A stretch of 62,282 bases of DNA, counting the filler, from Chiloscyllium plagiosum (lineage: Eukaryota): NCBI RefSeq assembly GCF_004010195.1. It is 5 parts of one record of this genome, joined end to end, with 100 filler letters (N's around TTAATTAATTAA, not from the genome) between each part and the next. Parts side by side here need not be neighbours in the genome. Positions count along the whole stretch, not along the records: positions 1 to 22,489 come from NC_057716.1; 4 more parts are not named here. One strand, 5' to 3'. The position numbers were made by a program, and so were the translations under genes. The notes beneath the pieces were generated by a model. The model made no database searches and had not been told where the DNA came from. It was given only the letters and a program-made list of their open reading frames with translations. Below are positions 1 through 12,125 of this stretch, piece after piece. Positions within the stretch are counted from its first letter, which is position 1, and each line of letters begins with the position of its first letter.

Positions 1-802
1 AATTCAGATAAATGCGAGGTGCTGTATTTTGGGAAAGCAAATCTTAGCAGGATTTATACACTTAATGGGAAAGTCCGAGGGAGTGTTGCTGAACAAAGAG
101 ACCTTGGAGTGCAGGTTCATAGCTCCTTAAAAGTAGAGTCGCAGGTAGGTAGGATAGTGAAGAAGGCGTTTGGTATGCTTTCCTTTATTGGTCAGAGTAT
201 TGAGTACAGGAGTCGGGAGGTCATGTTGCGGCTCTACAGGACATTGGTTAGGCCACTGTTGGAATATTGCGTGCAATTCTGGTCTCCTTCCTATCAGAAA
301 GATGTTGTGAAACTAGAAAGGGTTCAGAAAAGATTTACAAGGATTTTGCCAGCGTTGGAGGATTTGAGCTACAGGGAGAGGCTGAACAGGCTGGGACTGT
401 TTTTCCTGGAGCGCGGAGGCTGAGGGGTGACCTTATAGAGGTTTATAAAATCATGAGGGGCATGGATAGGATAAATAGACAAAGTCTTTTCCCTGGGGTG
501 GAAGAATCCAGAACTAGAGGGCATAGATTTAGGGTGAGAGGGGAAAGGTTTAAAAGAGACCTCTAGTTTCACAACAACTTTTTCACACAGAGGGTGGTAC
601 GTGTATGGAATGGCTGCCAGAGGATGTGGTCGAGGCTGGTACAATTGCAACATTTAAAAGGCATCTGGATGCGGATATAAATAGGAAGGGTTTGGAGGGA
701 TATGGGCCAGGTGCTGGCAGGTGGGACTAGATTGGGTTGGGATATTTGGTTGGCATGGACGGGTTGGACCGAAGAGTCCATGCTGTACGTTTCTATGACT
801 CA
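1..802 (+). mobile_element. CR1-clade LINE, 3' end of ORF2 plus 3' UTR (decayed)
   Basis: Contains LYRTLVRPLLEYCVQFWSP, LERVQKRFTR and RLRGDLIEVYKIM motifs across a frameshift; typical CR1 tail ending ...ctatgact. Confidence 0.92.
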
Positions 803-891
803 AAATGCAAAAATGTGGGAACAGGAGTTGGTCATTTACTCTGTTCCGGCATTCAATGAGATTGTGCCCAGTTTTGTGCTCTGACTCTTTG

Positions 892-1203
892 GAATCATAG
901 AATCCCTATGGTGTAGAAGCAGATCATTTGGCCCATCCAGTTCACACCAACCCTCCAATGAGCATCCCACCCAGATCCACCCTGGTAATCCTATCCATGT
1001 AACCCTACATTTCCCATGGCTAATGCATGTAGTCTGTACATCCCATGGCCTAAGCACCTAACCTGCACATGTGGGAGGAAACCCACTCAGACACAAGGGA
1101 GAGTGTGCAAACTCCACATAGAAAGTTGCCTAAGGGTGGGATTGAATCCGGCTCCCTGGCACTGTGAGACAGTAGTGTTTACAGCTGAGTCACCATGCTG
1201 CCC
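892..1203 (-). mobile_element. HE1-type tRNA-derived shark SINE
   Basis: Reverse strand starts gggcagcatggtgactcag...ggattcaatccc (A/B-box-like) and ends in a CR1-like tail ...gggattctatgattc. Confidence 0.8.
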
Positions 1204-1710
1204 TTATGAAACTCTATATACCTGGTTTTGCCCCACATTCCCTAATACCATTGACTGAGAAACATATATTCAGCCTCAGTTTTAAAAGTGACAACTGATC
1301 TCGTGTTAACTGCCATTTGTGGAAGGGAGTTCCAAACATCTATCATCCTTTGGGTGAGGAAAACATCTTGTTTTAATTTCTCTGATTCTGCCTCCCCAGC
1401 CCTAAAACTCCCCAGCTCTTGGTATTAAACGGTCCCTGCCTGGCACTAATTTGGCATTGACCTGATAACAACAACAAGAGCTTGCACTGAGAAAGCCCCT
1501 TTAACACAGCAAATGCCACAAAACAGTTGAATTGATAGATAATGGGCAACAATCAGTTAAGTGTCTGGAGTAGAGGAATAGCTGAATGCAGGGTCAGAGA
1601 AGGTTAGGTTTGGGAAAGTTCTTGCAGGTCAATACGGGTGCACAAAGGCAAGGAGAGGTGGGTGTGCAGAGAGAGTACCATAAAGTTAATGTGCACTGGA
1701 CAGAATGGGC

Positions 1711-1935
1711 AGAAACAAAATCAGAAATTGCTGGAGAGAAACTCAGCAAGTCTGGCAGCATCTGTGGAGAGAAAGCAGAGTTAACATTTCAGATCCAGTG
1801 ACCCTTCTTCAGAACTGTTTTATTTCTGATCGCTGGACCTGAAACATTGACTCCGTTTTCTCTCCTCAGATGCTGCGAGATCTGCTGAGTTCCTCCAGCA
1901 ATTTCTATCGTTGTTTCAGATTTCCAACACCTACA
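1711..1935. mobile_element. Head-to-head inverted pair of Penelope-like element tail modules
   Basis: 1711-1817 is approximately the reverse complement of 1826-1920 (gaaattgctggag...cagcatctg versus cagatgctg...ctccagcaatttc). Confidence 0.75.
1779..1817 (-). ncRNA. Minimal hammerhead-ribozyme-like motif in a PLE tail
   Basis: Minus strand reads CAGUU CUGAAGA A GGGUC ACUG GAUCU GAAA UGUU AACU, giving stem I AGUU/AACU, the core, stem II and GAAA. Confidence 0.6.
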
Positions 1936-2124
1936 GCCTTTGTTTACAGGATGGACTGGGTTGGAGATGAAGTTAAATTTTGTCTGACAGACATCATGTG
2001 GTATGTTGCCAGTCAAAGGCGGTATGCTTCGATACAAGTTGCTGCGATAGTCGGGGACTTGCTGTCTCAATAACCACTTGGTGCCTTTCCTCCTTATCTC
2101 AACCTCACCCTGCTCAGTGTCCAC

Positions 2125-2300
2125 ATGGTTCAGTGAGTGGTAGTCTTGCCTGAGATAGAAACTTGTGGGTTCAACTCTCCCTCCAGAAATTTGGGTCATT
2201 AGCCTCAGCTTGCTGCTCTGGTGTAATACTCAGGAAGAGGTGCACTGTTGATGACAATGAGGCATTAAGCCATTAGCTCTCATATAGGCATAATAGATCC
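2125..2300 (+). mobile_element. Old SINE head and body, possibly DeuSINE (SacSINE1-like)
   Basis: tRNA-like head tggttcagtg...gtgggttcaactctc followed by a ...gtaatactcaggaagaggtgcactgttg body; related pieces at about 25060-25200 and 25850-25950 (-). Confidence 0.4.
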
Positions 2301-2544
2301 TGGATCAGTTTAGCTTGGTTGGATGGACGGCTGGTTTTGTAAAGCAGTGTGATGTCAACAACATGGGCTCAATTCCGATCTCTGGTCGAAGCTTCATTGA
2401 AGGACTTTCCCTTCTCAACTTCTCCCCCTTGCCTGAGGTATGGTGGCTCTCAGGTTAAATTGCTACCAGCCATCTCTCTGTGACAAGACAGCAGCCCTGT
2501 GGTCCTGGTAAGACTTTGGCAAAACAACAATATAGATCCTCCAG

Positions 2545-2965
2545 AAGACTCATACAGCACAGCAACAGACCCTTTGGTCCAACTCATCCATGCCAACTGG
2601 ATATCCTAGCTTCATTTAGTCCCATCTGGCCCATATCCCTCTAAACCCTTCCTATTCATATACCGATCCAGATGCCTTTTAAATGTTGTAATTGTACCAG
2701 CCTCCACCACTTCCACTGGCAGCTCATTCCATACACGCACCACCTTATGGATGCAAAAGTTGCCATTTACGTCCTTTTTAAATCTTGCCCCTCTCACCTC
2801 AAACCTATGCTGTCTGATTTTAGACACCCCCACCCTGGGGAAAAGGCCTTATCTATTCACCCTGTCCATACCCCTCATGATTTTATGAGGTCACCACTCA
2901 GCCTCCAATGCTCCAGGGAAAACAGCCCCAGCTTGTTCAGCCTTTCCCGAAGCTCAAACCTCCAA
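2545..2965 (-). mobile_element. CR1 LINE 3' fragment
   Basis: Minus-strand peptides LRERLNKLGLFSLE and KVVRVWNELP...TFKRHLDRYMNRKGLEGYG. Confidence 0.88.
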
Positions 2966-3554
2966 GAAAGTAGTCGCCAAGTCACCTCACAATTAATGTT
3001 GGACTGCAGTGGGAGTGGGGGTGGGGTGTCATTAGCAAAGATACCGTCACCAGGACAGGCCTTAAGGAATCCTTTGAAAATGAGTTGGGGGATGGATGTG
3101 GTGAGACCAAGGGGCCTAATAAAGAGGGCAGAACTCCGTTCTGAAAGCCGTCTGGCAGAGGGAGGAGAGTGGAGCATGGTGCAGTGTACCAGCATAGCAA
3201 GAGTCAAAGAGTGCCTGGATGGCCACCCTGTCAAGGAGGCTTTACAAAGTAGAGAGGAGGCAGAAAAATGCAGACAGCAGGAGTCAGGAAGGCCAGGTGA
3301 CGTCTTCCTGTCGGACACGCTGTTAAATCTGACGAGTTGGAGCCTCTGTGGGTCAAGGCTTCAGGAAACAACTCCCTTTGTGAACAGCCTCTAACACTGC
3401 CCCCTTTCCATTGGCAAACTTCAAAGTTCACCACGGCCTCTATGAAGCTGCAAGCACATTGAGTTTCCTATTTAGTAGCACGTGCAACCTTTTGCCTCTC
3501 AGTCAGAATGGGATACAAATAGCGTGTAGTTCTTTACCTGGATAACCGGAGTCA

Positions 3555-3890
3555 GTGACATGGTGCTAATGTCACTGGATTGGAATTACAAAAACCCAGG
3601 CTAAAGGGAGGAGAATTCAATGGGAATTTAAATACAGTTAATAAAACCTGGAATTAGAAGCTAATCTTCGTGCCCGTGCAACGAAGATCAATTACTATAA
3701 ATGGTCATTCAGTAACATCTTTCAGGGAAGGAAATCTGCCATCCTAACCTGGTCTGGCCTACACGTGACTCCATACTCACAGCAATGTGATTGACTCTTA
3801 ACAGCCCCCTGAAAGAGCATGGCAAGCCATTCAGTTCATGGGCAATTAGGGATGGGTATCAAATGCTCACATCGGGTGAAATAATGAAAG
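3555..3890 (+). mobile_element. Second tRNA-headed SINE family (here 'SINE-B')
   Basis: Diagnostic body agggaaggaaatctgccatcct...ggcctacacgtgactcca...gggcaattagggatggg, shared with copies at about 6570-6800, 7185-7538, 10712-11060 (-), 19565-21365 (split) and 32640-32985. Confidence 0.7.
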
Positions 3891-4307
3891 AAAATTGCAA
3901 TGAAAATATTTCCTCAAGGAAGCCGTGTCGGAAAATATGAGCTTACAGAACTGGGAGAAGGATAAGGTTAACTGTTCAGTAAGACTGCCCAGACTATAAC
4001 AGCCAGGGGGTAAATACTTTCTCCCCTGAGCACCCACTGTCACCCACATTGTAACAAAAAAGAAAACAAGGCCAATAGAGGAAAACATTCTGAAAGATTC
4101 CTCTGAACCCCAAATCAATAACAGCTCAGGTGATCCCTTGTCAGCTATGAGGACACTTAATGATGTGGTCTCTGCTCTTGGTAGGAACCACTTCAGTTCC
4201 CTGTGAAGACAGGGGGTGAAGGTGGCAATGACATTGGGGAAGGGTTTGCAGTAACTATGAAGCTGGGATAGTGGCAGATGAGATTTCTGAAGGAAATAGC
4301 ATTCTCG

Positions 4308-4565
4308 AGATTAGATTAGATTCCCTACAGTGTGGAAACAGGCCCTTCGGCCCAACAAGTCCACACTGACCCTCCGAAGAGTAACCCACCCAGATCCATT
4401 TCCCTCTGAATGATGCACCTAACACTATGGGCAATTTAGTGTGGCCAATTCACCTCTGGACTATGGGAGGAAAAGCACACAGGCAGTTGCCCAAGGCTGG
4501 GAGTGAACCCAGCTCCCTGGCGCTGTGAGGTAGCAATGCTAACCACGGAGCTACCGTGGCACCTA
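4308..4565 (-). mobile_element. HE1-type SINE (internally shortened)
   Basis: (attag)n tail, ggaaacaggcccttcggcccaacaagtccacac segment, and tRNA-like head at the right end. Confidence 0.8.
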
Positions 4566-4869
4566 TAGATTAAACTAAGTGTGATGCTTGAAGCTAAGTT
4601 CACTTGAGTGAGGATTGAGATGTGCCTTTATTACATTGAATGTGTGACTCAGAATTGGCCATTTAGCCATTCCAATGATATGTTTCAGCATTTATATTTA
4701 ACCTGAGCTTCCCTATTTATCTGACCCTCCTTGCATGCCTTCAATTCCGTTCCTCCTCATGTACCTATCTAACTTCCCCTTAAATTCATCTATGCTATAT
4801 GCCTCAGCTTCTCCACATGTAAGCAACTTAGGCATTTAAACTGCTCTCTGAATTCGATTTAACAATGAT

Positions 4870-5155
4870 CCTTCGGTCCAACCAGTCCATGCTGACCATA
4901 ATCCCAAACTAAACTAGTCCCACCTTCCTGCTCCTGGCCCATATCCCTCCAAACCTTACTTTTCCAACTAGCTTTGAGTTAATGGGAGCTGCCTTTTTCC
5001 TAGGCTGGGGGATTTAAGGACGAAGGGGCAAATTTTTTCCCTAGTATTTAAAAAAAGACATGGGGGAATACATTTTTTTACACAGAGGGTGATGTGTATA
5101 TGAAATGAACTTTCTAAGGAAGTGTTGGATGTGAGTACAGTTACAACGTTTAAAT
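4870..5155. mobile_element. Two short CR1 3' fragments in opposite orientations
   Basis: 4870-4960 is a minus-strand CR1 tail; 4985-5155 is a plus-strand ORF2 end (ttttacacagagggtg...tgaaatgaact). Confidence 0.65.
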
Positions 5156-6009
5156 CTTAAGTTACACTGCATATCATCGCCCCCATCCCAGTGGAAATAT
5201 CTTCTCTACGCCGATCCTGATAAATCTCTCCATAGTTTTAAAGCTCTATCTCTTGGGGCTCCCCTCGGCCTTCCCTTTTGGACAGTTTTAAGCTCCCAGT
5301 TCTGACATCCTCCTCTCGAAACTTGTTTGAAGGGTGTTTCTCCCTTTAAATGAAGTCAGCATTGAAGTCAGCATAGAGCAGAGTGAGCGTGGACGTGTTT
5401 GAATATTAAATTATACGACCAAGAATACCTGAGGTAGTTGATCAAAATATTTATTTGGTTCGACTCAGTACAACAAAATCCATACCATCTGGCTTCCTTA
5501 TTGACTGAATTACGCTGGTCAATAAATTTGCAAAGTTAACATTTAAGTCTGTTTTCACATAATCCATTTTTTTGATTGCTGCTTTGGTGTCATCAAAGGT
5601 TTGTTGATAGATTTGGGACGTCAGCCAGGAAATATAACAATACCTTCTATTAAGCTTTCTGATGGTGTTGGCTGATGAAAAGTTTTATTCCTGAGATTAG
5701 AGACATTTATTTTAGCATAGACTTGCAGTGTAACCTGAGATGGTGCAATTCCGACTCCAATTTGAGTGGAATTCACTGTTGTGGTTACATCAGGAACTCT
5801 TTACGGTGTACAGTAAATAAGACACAGGAAGCAAGCTGAGTAAAAGTCTGAACAGCACTTATGATTACAGGTTCTTCTTAGCTTGTAGAGGTCATTAAGG
5901 TTCTTCAAACCAAAACTGCCTCATTCCAGACAACCCATACCATGCCTCGAGTTGGCTTCCTTTCCTCGTTACATTTTCTGGCCTATTTCACACAACTAAA
6001 CAATTTTGA

Positions 6010-6270
6010 ATGGGTTTGATCCCAGCCTCAAGTGATAGTCTATGTGGAGTTTGTACGTTCTCCCTCCAACTGCGTGGGTTTCCTCCCACAGTCCAAAAAT
6101 GTGTAGGTTAGATGGATTGGCCAAGCTAAATTGTCCATAGTGACCAGGGATGTGCAGGCTGGGTGGATTAGTCATGGGATATGCAGGGTAAGTGAGTGGG
6201 AAACTTTTTGGACAGTCAGTGCAGCCTCTATGGGCTGAATGGCCTCTTTCCACTCTCTAGGGATCCAATG
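6010..6270 (+). mobile_element. HE1-type SINE, 5'-truncated
   Basis: gtctatgtggagtttgtacgttctccc...ttcctcccacagtccaaa...gctaaattgtccatagtg. Confidence 0.75.
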
Positions 6271-6569
6271 ATGGGTCAGTTTCGAGACTCAAATGATTTC
6301 AACCTGCCTGATTTTTGTCCTGCTCCAGCCAGTAAAAGACACAGCAGCATTGTATCCCAACCCTGACTGATCCGAGAGCCTAGCTCCTAACAAAGGCTTC
6401 AGATAGTACTAGGGCCCCAATGAACTTTAACCTGGAAATTGAGACACACACCAGTGGGCCATCTCCCAATGAAGGAAATTCAGGCCAATGTGTTAAAGTC
6501 ATTTTTGTTTTGTTTCTCGTATGTAATTACCACAGGGAGGCAATTGCTGGACCATTGACTGAGAGACCT

Positions 6570-7538
6570 AGGTTCACTCCTCACCATGACAGATGGTGAA
6601 ATTTAAATCCAAAACAGAAATTTGAACTAAGAACCTAATGTTGACCGTGAAACGATTGAGGACGATCAGGAACAACCTATCTGGTTCACTAATGTCCTTT
6701 GGGACTTTGTGACTCCAGATCCACAGCAATGTGGTTGACTCCTCATTACCCTCTGGGCAATAAATGGTGCCGAGCCACTGATGTCCACATCCTGTCAATG
6801 AACAGCAAAGAACATAGGCCACAATTGTAAAGTTTTAAAATGATGTATAGCCAATCATAATCATAGCATTTGTCAATATAACAGTGGATTTTCAAATCTT
6901 TCTGATGGGGTGATACAATGTAATTTTACGCAGTCTATTCATTGTTGGGATTTTCAAGCAATATTTTATTTGTCAAACTTACAGTGTAAAGATTTTAAAG
7001 AGTGTAGATCCTCAAATTGTGTCAGGTGGTTTTATATGAAGGAAGGATTGCTCTGGGTCATATTCCCATGAAGGTGTGAATGAACCCTTAATCAGCTTGT
7101 GCAAAGAATCAGTGACCATTTCATGAAGACTATCCCAATGATGGTTCCAGACTGTGACCAAATGGGAACAACATTACCCTATGTGGTGGCACAGTAGTAA
7201 TGTCAGTGTGCTAGCAATACAGCTAACCCAGGATAATGGCTGGAGAAATAGGTTCAAATCTTGCCATTGCAGTGAAATTTCACTTTAATAAAAATCTCGA
7301 ATAATGAAAAATAAAACTTTAATTAAAAACTGGCCTAATGGCAACTATTGTCAATGGTTACAAAAATCCATCTGGTTGACTAATCTCCTTTAGGGAAGGA
7401 TGTTCTTACCTGGTCTGGCCTACATGTGACTCCAGACTTACAGTTATGTGGTTAACTCTTAACTGTTCTCCTGGTAATTAAGGATGGGCTAAATGCTGGC
7501 ATTGCTAGTGACGCCCATATCCCATGGATGAATAAATA
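6570..7538 (+). mobile_element. Two SINE-B copies (about 6570-6800 and 7185-7538)
   Basis: Same body as 3555-3890; the second copy has the head tggtggcacagtagtaatgtc...ggttcaaatc. Confidence 0.65.
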
Positions 7539-7687
7539 CAAGGGGAGTGAAGGACATGTGCCTGACTCAGACAAACCTAGATGGAACTGGCAGAAGAGGT
7601 CAGCAGCTAAGAAGCTATCCAGCAAGAGGAGATGCTCAAATCCAAATTAGATCATCTCAATATTCAACTTCTAAAAATTGCTGAAGT

Positions 7688-7935
7688 GTCATAGAGATCT
7701 ACAGCTTGGAAGAGACCCTTCAGCCCATTGAGACCACGCTGGTCAAAAACAACCATCTAAAGATTCTAATCCCATTGTCCAGCACTGGGCCCATAGCCTA
7801 GAATCACAAGTGCGTATCTAAGTACTTTCTAAATCTTATGAGGGTTTCTGCTTCTACCACCCTTATAGGCAGTCAGTTCCAGGTTCCCATCAGTCACTGG
7901 GTGAAAAAGGTTTTCCATCACATCTCCTCTGAACT
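7688..7935 (-). mobile_element. CR1 LINE 3' tail fragment
   Basis: gtcatagagatctacagc...cccttcagccca tail and the complement of ttttcacccagtga. Confidence 0.7.
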
Positions 7936-8049
7936 CCAAAACCTAAAGGACGTAAAAGGCAACATGGACACTGCAAGAGAACCTCATCAGCCATAGATTA
8001 TTATAGTCATCACCTACGCCATCAAAACTTCTCAGGCTCCTAGAGATGC

Positions 8050-8450
8050 AGTGGACCTTAGTGAAACATATTTCCTAACGTCAAGCATAAAAAGGAACTC
8101 ATACAAAGTTCAATGGGTTCTGATGTGGCCTAGCTACCTCAATGACTCTACAGGCTTCAAAGCCCAGCGATTGGCAGTGACGAAGTGCTATCAAGCCTTG
8201 AAGGGTGAAAGAGAAATGGTTTTGCCTCAGAAAAGCTACCATCATATTTGACCCAGGCTGACCTCCCCAGACAATGGTGATGCTGCCCATGTATCTCACA
8301 CATCCTCCAAGTGAGCTGAGAGTGTTTTCAAAGGTCAATGCCTCAAATGAAAGAGTCTGTAAATGCTGACGGGGTGGGGCAGTTGAGCTGAAAGAGTTAA
8401 ATGCTTACAGTTCAATGTTAAAATGGGGTGATATGAAAGAACATGGTGAG
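8050..8450 (-). mobile_element. Possible highly decayed PIF/Harbinger transposase relic
   Basis: Minus-strand peptides QPGSNMMVAFLRQ and NCKHLTLSAQL weakly resemble the Harbinger PGSxHDAFILRQS and NRKGFHSLNVQL motifs; there is no intact ORF. Confidence 0.3.
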
Positions 8451-9849
8451 GCGTAGAGCAAAGTATAAACCACTCCTTTATTCTAAGATTAGCTACTGAG
8501 CATGTGTGTAAGGAGTTATGTCAGATCACATGGGGCCTGAGTCTGTAGGTCCTAAAAGATGGCCTCTCTTTACAATCCCTCCTCAATAGTGGTTCTGTCT
8601 AACAGAGCCTGTCCCTGTTCATTCACGAGGGTGCGGGCTGTAGGAACATATGAGTTGGTGGTTGACAAATGCTGTTGGCTGTCCTGTGGGTCCAGTGGTG
8701 TGCATATGAGTGCAATCAATGGCTCAAGAGTCCTGGCGGCCTCCCCCCCCCTCAGTGGGGAGTCTGATGTTGTTCACTGTCCACTGAGGGTTCAGCGATG
8801 AACCACTGAGTGTGACTCCCAGCTGAGATCTCCCAAATGGTCTGTGAGAGGACCCCGAGGTATAGAAATTCACTGTAACTGTCATCTTTAGAGCCATTAG
8901 GCATCAGTTGGCCATCCCCTCCCTGTGACTGGAGCTGATTTCCCCTTCAAGAATGTCACAAGCAGATTTGACTAGCTACTTGAAGAGAAGCAGCCCCTGA
9001 GACACTGATCAGAAATGTGGAAGTAATTTAAGCATTGCCTGTGTGCCCTTTTATCAGGGTAAACTATGCCCCTCGGGCAAAGCTGCTTACCATCCTCTCT
9101 ATACCCTGTGTATCTTCAGCATCAGCCTGGCCCTCAGTGATAGCCCTGCAGTTTGCCGTTGTCCTTAGGCAGCTGCCTTCTCCCGATGGTCTCTCCTCAC
9201 TTGGGACTGCACAGGGGTGAATCACTGTTGCACCTTGCTGTCGGCCTTCCCTGTAATGGTGATTCCAGGATGCGTACCGTCTTCAAAATCCCTGCATCAA
9301 AGATCGACAGAATGGTGCTCAAAGTGAACCAAGACCAGCTCCCTCACCTGTTGTGACTGCAGACTCCAACTCTAGCCTGATCCCATTAGGCCTTCTCTCC
9401 TGCCTCTGTTGCTGTTCAGCCAACTTTGGTAAGAATCCCCTCCCCTATCTTTCTCTCCCTGGTTTCTCTCATTGCTTGGGATAGGCAGAGGAGAATCGGC
9501 CCAGTGGTAAAGATGGCACCTGAGGATTGGTGACTTTGTTGTTGGTTGGCTCTGGTGTAGATGGCGGTGGAGCAGTAGCAGAGGGGTGGCATAATTGACG
9601 GTGATGAGCTGGCTCAGGACTGATGGTCTGTCTTCAAGTTTCATCTTTTTTTTCCCTCATCCTTAAATTATTCAAAATGGCGCTGTTTCACAGTGACAAT
9701 TGAAAGCTTTTCATTGTGTTTTATTATATTCTTACTATAAAATACACGTGACAATAAAATCAAAATCAAATTGAAATTGTAACCAATTAATTTAAGGGCA
9801 TTGGCTTCTACTTTTTTCAATGTACAGGTGGGAACTTAAATTTCTCGCG

Positions 9850-10710
9850 TAGGGAGAGGTTTGCTGAATTGATTCCTGGGATGGGAGAACTGACATATGA
9901 GGAGAGATTGAGTTTGTTCAGGTCGTATTTAATGGAGTTGAGAAGATTGAGGGCATTCCTCATAGAAACCTATAAAATTCTAATAGAATTAGACAGAGTA
10001 AATGCAGGAAGGGTGCTCCCAACGGTATGGGAATCCATAACCAGGGGGTCATAGTTTAAGGATAAGGAGTAAACCTTTTAGGGCTGAGATGAGGAGAAAT
10101 TTATTCACCCAGAGAATGGTGAGCTTGTGGAATTCACTACCAAGGAAAGTGAGTGAGGCCAAAACATTGTGTTTTCAAAGAGGAAGTAGGTATAACTCTC
10201 CTGGCTAAAGGAATCGAGGAATGTGGGATGATGGGATTAGATCATACTGAATAGCAGAACAGACTCAAGGGACTGAATGGCCTACTCCTGCTCCTATGTT
10301 CGGATTTTGAAAAGAGCCAACTCATGCGTGCGAGGTAACAGTGGCTGAAGGACCTGAACTTCAGGGAATTTATATTTGCCAGGAATTGGTGTTGGAGAGA
10401 CTGTTAGGTCTGAAGGTTGATAAGTCACTCGGGCCCGATGGTCTACATCCCAGGGTACTGAAGGAGGTGGCTCAGGAAATCGTGGATGCGTTGGTGATTA
10501 TTTTCCAGAGTTCGATAGATTCAGGATCAGTTCCTGCGGATTGGAGGGTGGCTAATGTTGTACCACTTTTTAAGAAAGGTGGGAGAGAGAAAGCAGGAAA
10601 TTATATGTGGATAACTGTATGGTTATCCACTTTGGTGGCAAGAACAGGAAGGCAGATTACTACCTCAATGGAATCAATTTAGGTAAAGGGGCAGTACAAA
10701 GAGATCTGTC
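9850..10710 (+). mobile_element. Two CR1 fragments: 3' end (about 9850-10300) and RT-upstream part (about 10305-10710)
   Basis: LTYEERL...LIETYKIL, and KVDKSLGPDGLHPRVLKEVA...VPADWRVANVVPLFKKG. Confidence 0.88.
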
Positions 10711-10711
10711 T

Positions 10712-11060
10712 TCTTTTAAAGTCATTCAAGGAATGTGGGCATTACTGACTAGACCAGCATTTGTTGCACATTCTTAATTGCCCAGAGTGTACTTAAGAGT
10801 TGACCACATTTCTGCAGGTCTGGAGTCACATGTAGGGCAAAGCTGAAAAAATGATGCAATTTTCCTTTTCTTTAGTGAGCTACATGGATTTTTCCAAAAA
10901 TCGATAATGGTTTAATGATCATTACTGGGCTCTTATTTCCAGATTATTATTGAATTCAAATCCTATCAGCTGCCATGGCAGGATTTGAACCCGAGTCACA
11001 AGAACATTGCTTGGATCTCTGGTTTAACAGTATAGCGATAATACCAGTAGGCCATTATCT
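10712..11060 (-). mobile_element. SINE-B copy
   Basis: Reverse complement of the 3555-3890 body (ttaagagttgaccacatt...tctggagtcacatgtagg). Confidence 0.65.
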
Positions 11061-11215
11061 AAGAGTTGGATAGAGCTCTCAAGGATAGTGGAATCAAGGG
11101 TTATAGAGATAAGGCAGGAACAGGATACTGATTAAGGATGATCAGCCATGATCATATTGAATGGTGGTGCAGGCTCGAAGGGCAGAATGGCCTACTCCTG
11201 CACCTATTGTCTATT
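11061..11215 (+). mobile_element. Young CR1 3' tail
   Basis: Nearly identical in reverse complement to 22282-22440; ends cctattgtctatt. Confidence 0.8.
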
Positions 11216-11777
11216 GGTGTGAACTTTGCTGTGCAATTGTGCACCTTCAAAGGAACATTGGTTACCGGGCGAGAGGAGTGGGGTTGGGGGGGGGGAGAGT
11301 GAGGCATACAAAGGGTTTGAAGGATGAGAATTATAAATCTGAGGCACAGCTTATACTCTATGACCACACAAGGCCGGGAACGACACCTCAGGGGTTTCCT
11401 GGGCAGCCTCTAGCCCTGACCTTGGAGTCATTTTCCAATATTTCTCCATGGCTGGGTCCTATAAAGAGGCACCTTCAGTCCCACAAGGTTTCACAGGCAA
11501 TAATTGTAATGGCTACTCGTCAACATCTTCTAATGTCCATCTGCCAAAAAAAGAACAGTATGATGCTGACTCTGAGAACGACAGGGCACTAGGCAGTGGG
11601 GTCAGGACACAGCCGAGAGATTGGAGATAAATGTCTCAGCTGACACTCACAGTGTCAGACTGAGGGAGAGCGACATGGTTGGAGGTGTGGATAGTACAAG
11701 TTTGAAGAAGAGCTGTGGTGTTTCCCCACTCTCTCACTATCTAATTGCGGCAGCTAGCGGTGTAAGGACTCTCCCTA

Positions 11778-12125
11778 GGCAGCATGGTGGCTCAGTGGTT
11801 AGCCCTGCTGCCTCACAGCACCAGGGACCTGGGTTCGATTCCAGTCTCGAGCGACTGTCTGTGTGGAGTTTGCATGTTCTCCCCGTGTCTGTGTGGGTTT
11901 TCCTTTAGGTGCTCTGGCTTCCTCCCACAGTCCAAAGATGTGTATGTTAGGTGAATTGGCTGTGCTAAATTGCCGATAGTGTTCAGAGTTGCCTAGGATA
12001 GGTGCATCAGTCAGGGGTAAATGTAGAGTAATGGGGAATGGGTTTGGGTGGAATACTCTGTGGAGATTCGGTGTGGACTTGTTGAGCAGAAGGGCCTGTT
12101 TCCACTCTGTAGGGATTCTGTGATT
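11778..12125 (+). mobile_element. HE1-type SINE, full length
   Basis: ggcagcatggtggctcagtggttagc (A box), gggttcgattcc (B box), and a CR1-like tail ...ctgtagggattctgtgatt. Confidence 0.88.

Noticed and set aside
2672..3394. 240-aa plus-strand ORF
   Set aside because: The first half is antisense CR1 and the remainder has no recognisable motif; probably a chance ORF.
11778..11850. tRNA genes
   Set aside because: The A/B boxes run into HE1 SINE bodies and CR1-like tails; these are SINE heads, not complete tRNAs.
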